Below are positions 11,701 to 20,000 of a stretch of DNA of 20,000 bases, in pieces. The notes under the pieces were generated by a model, which saw only the letters and a program-made list of their open reading frames with translations, had not been told where the DNA came from and searched no databases. Each line of letters opens with the position of its first letter. The stretch's first letter is position 1. The position numbers and the translations under genes were made by a program. The stretch comes from Spirogloea muscicola (Eukaryota): the NCBI GenBank assembly GCA_009602725.1, contig WELB01000019.1, positions 1,105,916-1,125,915 of the forward strand. The letters are read 5' to 3'.

Positions 11701-11895
11701 ATATGTACGTTTGTGCTTATTTATTGTCTCTTAGGCACTGATTTCTGGAAGTATCTGTCATATGCATTTCCTGATCAGACGCCCAGCCGTTCAAGGTCTG
11801 CACAAGTCGTCCAGTAATGCAAGCACAACTGCAATGATGCAGATGGCGAGGAATACTATGAGCATCTGATGGCAATGCTACGAAAGATCTTGTAG
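8732..11895 (+). CDS. FN3K: Fructosamine-3-kinase family protein (protein-ribulosamine 3-kinase-like), probably plastid-targeted
   Basis: First exon uncertain (ATG 8732, N at 8763). Then exons 8806-9054, 9399-9440, 9945-10065, 10369-10466, 10575-10659, 10795-10923, 11121-11196, 11429-11476, 11597-11704, 11843-11895. Motifs: [114 protein letters not shown]. Confidence 0.92.
9105..9195 (+). repeat. Degenerate telomere-like (CCCTAAA-type) heptamer array in an early intron of the kinase gene
   Basis: gacccttaaccctaccttatacccttaatactaaaaccccgtaatcctcaatcctagattaaacctaaaccctactccctcaaccctaaat; roughly 7-nt periodic, C/A-rich. Confidence 0.75.
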
Positions 11896-12642
11896 CAGGA
11901 TGTAGGGCGACTTTTTTGACCATAAGATGTTCAGCTCTCTTTTGGAAAGCTACACGCGTAGAGCTTCATGGATGCTGTAATTCATGTCAACATGAGCACA
12001 TTCCGTCTCATCATCGAGATAGTTTGGTTCAGTGTGCCTGTATTGCAGGCATTGACCATACTTTACCTGGCAGCTGTGACCAGATCAAAGCATTCTCCCA
12101 TGCAAATGAGCATTGGTGCCCAGTGCTCACATGCCAAACCACCAAAAATTTTCCACTTGCTACATGTGCTACATCCTAATATGCCCGGAGTTCCAAGTGG
12201 GGAGTATCCAGCAACTATCAAGCAGAGCATTTATGTTGTAAAGCCCTGCCAACTCCATTCTTCAGGTTACTGCCGATCATTATTGTATTATAATCCCATG
12301 CCAAGACCTACACGCAGGAGAGCAGCATAACCGTCTGGCACACTTGCAGACGAAAGTCACTGCCAGCATGCCTAGTAGAGGTATACAACTTTGTCAGGAT
12401 TGAGTATACAACTTTGTCATGATCGGCTGATAACTGGAACGTGGCAAATCATACTTGCTTCTGGAGAGATTTGTACTGCCTCAGTTCCACCCTGTCAAGC
12501 TGAGCAATGTAACGACACAACTATCCACCCACCCAAGAATTCTGCCATAAGGTTAAGGGCAACTTCTGATGAGGTCAGAGGACATCTATTGCGTAACTGC
12601 ATAGATGGCGGAAGACGAGCATCCTACAGTAGATCAAAGAAC

Positions 12643-13809
12643 CTACGCTTCTGGGCTTGCCATCTCAGTCTGCATGTCAGCCTGCAATTCTTCTATGGCA
12701 AATTGGACTTGCATTAGGTGGTCCGCTTCACGTGCCGCCTGCTCAGAGGCCAGCTTCTGCAAGAGCCTTCGGTTATCTACTTCCAGTGAATGCAGCATCA
12801 GCATCCGCCTAAGCAGGCGACGCTCCTTGGAGCACATCGTTGCTCTTGCAGGATGCTCAACAATAGTTGCGCCGCCCTGGGCTTGAACCTGAGCTCTGTC
12901 ATCAAGCAAGGTTGAACGCTGCGGCTGTTCCAGACGCTCTGCCTGCTGCTGGTTATCGGCGTTGGTGAGGCAGGAATGACGGCTGTTGCTGCTGCCATAG
13001 ATGCCCATACCTCGTGCATACTTTTCAGCTGGTTGCAAGCTGGGGCTCGACTTGCTGGTTTGTCCTTTTTGCAGTATGTCAAGGCCCTTCCTGACTGCTC
13101 TTTCCGCATCCCTGAGCTGGTCCATGAGGAGGCCGTAGTCCACTTCCAGAGGCTGGTTTTCCCTACAAAAGCGTGTAAACAGAGCTGCATGAGCTGCACT
13201 GCCTCTGTATGTAGGGCTGTGTAAGTGGCCAAGTGCTAGAGTATACATCGACTCCGACTGAGAGACGTGCCCTCTCGCAGCAAGTTTGATGCATGCATGA
13301 TTCTGTCCGCTGCTGAGTGGCATCCGATGCAGGAACAAGCAGCAGGATAGGACCTGTGCAAGCTGATCACGAGGCTGACCTCCCATCTGACGACGCCAAG
13401 CTTCGTGCCCCCAGCACCTCCCGCATAGCGATCCGTAGGCGCAGGCTGCACTGCTGCAAGGTGCTCAGGACCTCATGCCGAGCACTCTGCAGCATTGTGT
13501 TAGAAAAGTCCGCAAAGAAGAGCAGATTTACCGCGTCACAGCATCACGGCTGATGATAGGAGTGTCCCGATCATCAGGAATACAGGCCTAATTTGACATA
13601 TGGCACGAGGAAGCAGGTCCGAGTGTGGTGACCTCGTCGTCCATTGGCGACGTAGCCGTCGCTGGAATCGCTTCTGCGAATCCGGAAGGCGCGGCAGTGG
13701 ATCTGGACGCGGCAGCGGCGGGGGTGGCGTCGTGCGCGGCGGGGCCGCGGGTGGCCAGCGCCGGGCTGCCGGACTCCGCGAGCTGCTGGCACCGCCGCCC
13801 CGACTCCAN
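12643..13809 (-). CDS. Hypothetical protein with C-terminal coiled coil (about 267 aa)
   Basis: Start is NTG at 13809 in gcggcggcNTGG context. Phase-consistent exons 13809-13633, 13486-13380 and 13162-12643 give (M)ESGRRCQQ...PMDDE/SARHEVLSTLQQCSLRLRIAMREVL...R/ENQPLEVDYGLLMDQLRDAERAVRKGLDILQ...KERRLLRRMLMLHSLEVDNRRLLQKLASEQAAREADHLMQVQFAIEELQADMQTEMASPEA*. No family recognised. Confidence 0.65.
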
Positions 13810-13996
13810 GCCGCCGCAGCCGCAGCCGGAGCTGGCTTTGCCAGCGCGGAGTGGTGGTGGAGGAGGGGGACATTTGAATCGGCCTGCAGCGGGGCCACGC
13901 CCTCCCTCGGATCTTCTTATCGGACGGGCTGAAACGGCTCCCTTGACGACGTAAACGAGCAATGATGATCATCAGAACAACTGTCATCGTCTCCCC

Positions 13997-15165
13997 TCAG
14001 CTCATCGGACTTTCTATTGCTGACGCGGGGGTACTGACAGCAGCCGCATTCTCTATGTGATGGCAGCCGGACTCTGCCTCAGGCGATGGCAACAGCAGGC
14101 AGCGGCAGCGGCGGCGGCGACGGTGGCGGCGGCGGCTGCGGCGGCAGAAGCGGCGTTGGAGAGAATGGGGCAGCCAGGAGGAAAGCCACCTCGCGTAGCA
14201 GTCCTCACATGTGGGGGTGAGCTTTAGCAGCCTTCCAAAGTGGGCGAGGGCTGTGAGGAACCAGCCCATATTAAAATGCTCAACGAATTGAACAAGGTCC
14301 AAGGAGCCGGTAAGCATATTCATCATTCAGGGTAAGATCATCAAAGAGGGGCAGTGCACCAGCAGTGGCTCCGTTTGAGATCAACCGACTTCCAGAGCCT
14401 CGCACTACCAGGTAGATTTATGATTGTAATAATTGCCAGACAAGGATGTATGCCAAAACAGTGGTGCTGGCAGTCACTTTCGTTCGCAGAGTGCTAGTAA
14501 ACTTTACCAGCTGGTGTCAGAACAACGTGTATATAGCTTATGCCAGCAGGTGATACTCATAGCCCAAGGACGGTTAGGGAACACGTAATCTCCTGTGCAA
14601 CCTTTTCTGCGGCCATCCAAGTTGGGCAGGCCGTCCCAAGGTACACATGAAGTCCCATAACAAACTCGCATCCAGGCCGAACATGCGGCGCCGGCAGGCC
14701 GTGTCCTGGCTGAGAGTGCGGTCGGGCATTCACGGCCTTGACCTGCTGCTGACTGCAGAGCTCCCCGTCATAGAAGACCATGCCTTAGTAGCTTCATCAG
14801 GGGGGATGGTTTGAGTAACATACCCTTTCAATAAGGTACCCGTCATACAACTATCACACAACAGAATTTTCTACTTCATCGTAGATCATTATCAAGGATG
14901 CCATTGAGCTCCTCGATCTTCTACGCGCCGTCGTATCTGCGCGTCCCATGCGAGCGGCAGCATCCCTCGACCACCCGTCGAGAGACGCCGGACAGAATGC
15001 GGCTGCTGATATATAAAGAGCGGCCGTAGAAGCCAGCCAGGGGGTGAGGAGGGCGCGGACGCTGTCCGGCCGCCGGCCGCCGCGGCCTCTGCTCCCGGGG
15101 CCGCCTGCGGGCGGCGGCGGCGGCGGCGGCTGCCTGCGGGGCGAGCCCTGGGCCAGGGGTGCCAT
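13997..15165 (-). pseudogene. Possible decayed gene (type II membrane protein-like N-terminus followed by stop-interrupted frames)
   Basis: gccgccATGG at 15165 in a GC island. MAPLAQGSPRRQPPPP... is followed by hydrophobic ALLTPWLASTAALYISAAAFC. The same frame continues through TGA/TAG/TAA stops into the 14781-14557 ORF. The 3' boundary is a guess. Confidence 0.3.
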
Positions 15166-15169
15166 GGCG

Positions 15170-15858
15170 GCAAGTGGAAGTCTCCAACGAGGCGCTGGGT
15201 GGGTACCAGGTCGTGTCCTCGTCTCCCATGTGGAGACTCCGCTTAGAATGGGGGCAGTCAATGTGGCCCCCCGGCCCGGCTTGGCCGGTGATGTCCCCTC
15301 CTGCTGAAAGAAGGCTCCCGTTACTTCTGAGACCCGCTATGCTGTGAAAGTGGCCGAGCACAAGAATCTTCAGAAGACGAGGATTACCATGCTGGCGTCA
15401 CCTTCTACCCGCAAGTGCGGCACTACTCCGATTACCCCCAATGTGCGGATCAGCTCCTGCCATCGGCAGTCGACATCTTTGGCTGTCTGGGTCCTCGTTT
15501 CCACACACTTCTCTAGAATATTGCCAATTTAGGCTACACATGTCGTGCAGATGTGTTTCCGGCTGAGTTGGGCTTGCCAGCTGCATCTCTGTCGTTCTTG
15601 TGACGACGAGTTTCGGCCTGCTTGCAGCGTGCCCAGGCTAATGCTTTGCACCAGAAAGCTGGGCGAGCTCTAGTTGGTGGCAGAAGGGCTTCGTATCTGC
15701 CATCTAGTACTCAGGCATCGATTAGTGACCATTATGTTTTGACCCGTGGTTACTGAGCGGGTAAATTTGCTGTAGATCATGTAGGTCTTAAGATGTGCTT
15801 GCCTTTGTACTTGGCCATTTGGCCTTCATTTGATTTAACAAACAATATAACAAACAAT
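15170..15858 (+). mobile_element. Degenerate 3' fragment of an RLE-type (CRE-like) non-LTR retrotransposon
   Basis: One frame from 15415 reads VRHYSDYPQCADQLLPSAVDIFGCLGPRFHTLL*NIANLGY...SLSFL*RRVSACLQRAQANALHQKAGRA...GY* (end 15756). This fits the K..Y...F.P.A.E.FG.LGP and RQRVSVALQRAQA.A pattern of CRE-like ORF termini. An A-rich tail aacaaacaatataacaaacaat follows (15837-15858). The 5' boundary is uncertain. Confidence 0.72.
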
Positions 15859-17150
15859 CTTCGGCCTCTCTGCACCATATGCCAAGCCCCGTCACCTCCA
15901 TCGCATCCAGTGCGTAAGGTCTCCTTGCTCAGGTCGGCGAGCTGACAGCCTGCGGCCTCTTGCATACGAGTTGCTGGGCTGCTCCTCAGAGGCAAGTCCC
16001 CTTGCGCATAGGGCCTACAGCTGCCGTCAATATCCATGCCACGGGTGGCCTGCCACCACCCTGATCACCAACCCGCTGCCAACAGAGGCCAGAAGGGTGA
16101 ACCGCCCTCATTAAGCGTTAGTCCGCCACGCGCTCAGGCGGCCTCTTTGATGTGCGTCAACCAGAAATAAGGCCTCGGACTGACTGCTTCACTCAAGTCA
16201 AAGCCCCTCAATTTCAAGGGACTTGCAGCAATTGGGCCTTCCGCTAAAGGGAGCCATGGCTCTGCCCAAGGGGAGCACTAGCTGGCAATGGCCAGCAAAA
16301 ATTTGTACTCATGTCAAGGAACACAATGGCGCAAGCAAAGGGGAGGCAAGCAGACTACAGCGGCTTTGCCGCTTTTCAAGCCAGGAGCGCACACGCACCA
16401 CACTTGCAGGTTGCCGTGTGGTCGCAAGCAGAAATCTGAGAGCCTCTGTTAGCAATTAGCCAGCAGCGCCCTATCTATGGTGATTGTCTCAACGGCTGCG
16501 CCAAGGGTGCACAGCACCTTCTTAACCTGCGCAGCACCACACCAGCAAAAGTTGTTGCATAGTGTGTGATCATGAATGGCCCACCATTCATGCTCCAATG
16601 CAGTGTCATAAGTTGATGCGGGCTGAGGCATGCCTGGAAGCAGGCACAAATATACATCCTGCTCAATGACAGGACTGCTATCTGCTAGTTTACCGGGTCG
16701 GTCACCTGTCTGCTGCAAGTGGAAGCTTGTACCCAGGCCACCGATTTAGTGGCCTGTGCCCCTATCTGCAGCAGAGCGTCAACAAAGTCCGCGATGCCAC
16801 TTTTGGAAGGCCATGGATATAGTGCCTTCAAGTCTGGAATTCGTCTGAGGCCCAGAATTTCTTTCTTATGTCTGTACTGCGTCTCTACCTACGTTGACGT
16901 GGGTTGTCTGCAAGGTGAACGGCAAAAGTCTCAATAAGACAGTAGTAGTGATGCAAGGATATGTGATTTAGCAAAGCCACCATCTAGCAGAACCCAGCAA
17001 CATGCAGGCAGTAAAAGGGTTCATCATCTAGCACCAACTAGCAGACATGTAGGAAGTGCAATACTTACACAAATGCCTCAATGCCTCTAGTTTATACAAC
17101 AGAGTTGGAGGACTTTAGCAAACCATATACTGACATAGCATCCATCTGAT

Positions 17151-19876
17151 TCATGTATGCTTTGCTGCCTTGAGGATACTTGTGCAGCTTCTTGAGAAGC
17201 GACCGCACCTTGTGTCTGCAAATTCTCCCAATCTGATCCGTCTGGCAAATATGTCGACTTGCTGGGCAATGTAGCCATCAAACCTGAATCCCTCCAGCTC
17301 AAAATGACCGACCCCGTCTATGAGGTGCCTCTCAGCCACGCCTGCAGCAGAGTTTAGCTTGCTTTCCAGCTTCTTCACAGTTGTGAAACCGTCCCTGCAA
17401 CCCACGTAGACGTGGGACTACCAGTCGATTCTTTACTTCACTCAACCGGCCCAACTCCACTTCACAGGCAAAGCATACTCTTGCATCCTTCCAAATCCTG
17501 CTGAGTTTGAAATGCTTGGCAGCAGCGTGGCAACAGAGCATGGCTCCATCCTGCTTGCCTGGCTGCATCTTGTAATTCTTGCAAAAGTGAAGGAAGGAGC
17601 TGTGAAATGCTCTTGCGATTAAACTCACTAGATGTATCCATGGGGTGAGTCAACTCACACACCTGGTTCCCATGATAAATAGCTTCGGCTTAGGAGACCT
17701 AAGGATTGCTCTGTAGTGTCTGCACATCAGCGACACAGTAGCTCAAAATTGTAGCTTGTGAACAATCACTATGAGGAGGCCAAAAGTATGTAAGCAAGGT
17801 GCAAACAGTCTAAATTTCAATTGCAGCTTGTGCGAATACAGGCCACGACAGAATGCAGAGACTTAGTCTGGTCACAAGACATTTTTGTGGTGACTCCTCC
17901 TTTTGGAGCAAAGAAAGCAGCAGCTAGCTTGTCATAGATGACCCATTACAACAAGGATAACCATGAGCCAATATCCACTTTTTGCATCTCGAGGTGCAGA
18001 GTAAGACTCAGTTGCAATGAATGGCAATGAGGAAGTGTACCGGCCAAAGAGTATGGAAGACCAAAAGCCAAATGTGTAGCCTATACCAACAAAGCCAAGA
18101 ACGTCTTTAAGTCGATCAACGGCAGCACCAGCAATAGGTGCACCTGAAATACAGCAATGCACCCAGAAGCATTTGACATTGTGGTGAGAGCAGTTCTCTG
18201 CTAAGATTGTCAACTCAAGGCACGGGCTTTGGAGGTTAATCCTTATGCCGCTCTGCCTGCAGACTGAGTCACTACAGCTATACAGGAAGACCGGTTGCGG
18301 AATGTGCAATTTGCGAGTGAGGACAACATTCTCATCCTCCAACAAACACCTGCTTGGTGCTACTGAGAGCTCTGCGATTATCCAAATCTACATGTACTTG
18401 ACAAAAGTGGATGCTATGACACGCCAATACCAGCTGATGAGCTACTTAGTAAGCCGGCTGCGTGCAAGACTCAGCACCAGAATGTATGAAACTCATCTTC
18501 CTCTCAAGACCGGTCAGAAGAGCAAAGTGGTTTGCTCAAAGTAAGCATGGCATGCAAGGCTAAGTACAAGGCATTTGGCTGGCAGGCAGGTATGCTTGTG
18601 CTGGTGGAAGAAACATGGAGTTGCAGTGGCAGGCTGCAGCACCTGCAGAGGAGCCGACCAGCAGCAGATCGGACTGCAGCATTGCACTGGCCCACTCGCA
18701 AACGGCCTTGACATCATGGACCTCCCTTGTCCCGCACAAGGAAGCCCGTCCAGTGGAACGCTGTACGCCCCTCATGTCAAACGTGATGCAGGTATAGCCC
18801 AGCTCGTTGAGGTGCAAAGCCAGCCCTGCACGAAATTGGCGCAGCAGAGCCTATCAGCATGCATACAGCAGAGGGCCTCCTCATTTGTTGAGACTGAACA
18901 TCCCATCATCTGAAGATTTATAGCAGCAGAAGTCCTCCTTCACATCCTTGATAGCCTAGTATATTTCTCAAAGAGGCGAGATGTTGACATGTGCATAATT
19001 AGTGTCTCTAAATATTGGCATGTCATATGCAGACTGTTGATCAATGCTCAGCTCTTAGTCAGCGCTTGCCTTGTAGCTGTTAGGGACAAGTGAATGCAAC
19101 TCAAAGGGAACTAATTGCTCAACTGACCCTTGCAAAGACATAAGACTGTTGAGCAACAGTAGAAGTTGACGAGCTTGCAGACTCTGGAGCAAATACATAC
19201 AAATGTCATTCTTAGGATCCTGACAGTGAGAAGGTACAACTATCCTCCAGCCACAGGTGACATTGACAATCATCATCATTCCGACCATCCTTTAGTGCAG
19301 ATCTCATGCACACAGGTTTGACTTGCAGAGGTAACGCCATCTGGTAGTAATGTTCTAAAAAATGATAAAGGTGAGGATTTGCAAATAGACAGACTCGAAG
19401 ACAGTCTCCTTTCACGTTTCATGGATACAGCTTAAAGCTGCGGTGTGTTATTACCTTCCAAAAGCATCTGCTGACCACCAAGCCAAGAGTACTGGTGCAC
19501 GAGGACCACTGCTGCGACGTGCATCAAGCGCCGGAGAAGGTGGTCAGCTCTGCGTGCCTCCAGTCAGCGGCTAGCTGGCACGAGCTACGCCTTTGAGGCA
19601 AGACAGCCTCGAGCATCAGAAGGTCGCAGGCCTCGAGGGCTCACTGGCCAGGCCGGGGCTGCTGGGAGAAGCGGTCTTCTCGCCGGCAGCAGAAGTAAAT
19701 GGGATGTACAGCGTCACGTCCAGCTTGGCGCCGCCAGCGGAGGGGACGAACACGATGTGGCGGCTGTGCTTGCCCCGCAGTTGCTGCAGCGTGAACGATG
19801 GCCGCGCAGGCCGGTCGTCCAGCGCGGCCCGGGCCTGGAGGTCGTCGCCGCCGCCCTGCTCGGCCGGGCTCGACAT
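17151..19876 (-). CDS. Alpha/beta-hydrolase superfamily protein (small plant/algal type)
   Basis: Exons 19876-19645, 19511-19455, 18825-18643, 18143-18041, 17719-17663, 17394-17151 (or donor at 17209 with further exons). Motifs: VVLVHQYSWLGGQ, GYTCITFDMRGVQRSTGRAS, nucleophile elbow LLLVGSSAGAPIA, GIGYTFG, PKPKLFIMGTRDGF (Asp), LIDGVGHFELEG (His). Confidence 0.93.
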
Positions 19877-19959
19877 GCGCGACGGCGAGCGGCCGTCCCC
19901 GTCGTCTCCTGGCTGCCGCTAGCGCATCCTCGCGTCGGAGGTCCCCCCGCTCAGAAGCT

Positions 19960-19987
19960 GGCGGCGGCGGCGGCGGCGGCGGCGGCG
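19960..19987 (+). repeat. (GGC)n microsatellite upstream of the hydrolase start
   Basis: Directly visible. Confidence 0.85.
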
Positions 19988-20000
19988 CAGCGGGCTCGCC

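Noticed and set aside
14190..14218. RVAVLTCGG resembling phosphofructokinase or asparaginase N-terminal motifs
   Set aside because: No downstream exon continues either family motif; too short to call.
14440..14588. + frame ...KLYQLVSEQRVYSLCQQVILIAQGRL resembling the post-H-loop segment of ABCG transporters
   Set aside because: Lacks HQP and any Walker or signature motif nearby; probably coincidental.
15164..15532. + strand frame MAASGSLQ...VPSC-TGA-KKAPV... with an in-frame Cys-TGA, suggesting selenocysteine read-through, downstream of TATATAAA at about 15010
   Set aside because: No selenoprotein family motif or SECIS recognised, and the region is better explained by the overlapping retroelement frame.
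15083..15869. cggcctct at about 15083 and 15862 as a candidate target-site duplication
   Set aside because: Only 8 nt, GC-rich, recurs again at about 15953, and does not abut a defined 5' end.
1..20000. Prokaryotic systems (CRISPR arrays, operons, IS elements) or rRNA
   Set aside because: No regularly spaced repeats, transposase or rRNA motifs seen; the sequence is spliceosomal-intron-containing eukaryotic DNA.

Overview
Gene-dense, intron-rich eukaryotic nuclear DNA, most consistent with a green alga or streptophyte alga (inference: GT-AG introns, gccgccATG starts, plant-type TTTAGGG motifs, plastid-targeting presequences). By hand-splicing I reconstruct six protein genes: a partial thylakoid-lumen (Tat-signal) protein (-), an RD21-type papain-like cysteine protease with a granulin domain (+), 20S proteasome subunit alpha-2 (-), a fructosamine/ribulosamine 3-kinase family protein (+), an orphan coiled-coil protein (-) and an alpha/beta hydrolase (-). 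There is also a tRNA-Ser(GCT) gene. The least ordinary part is about 14.0-15.9 kb. It holds a decayed 3' fragment of an RLE/CRE-type non-LTR retrotransposon, missed by the ORF track, directly upstream of a possible decayed minus-strand gene. Gene starts lie in CpG/(CGG)n-rich islands while gene bodies look CpG-poor, and one island is flanked by degenerate telomere-like tracts. I found no convincing new multi-gene system. All identities come from motif recognition, not database searches.
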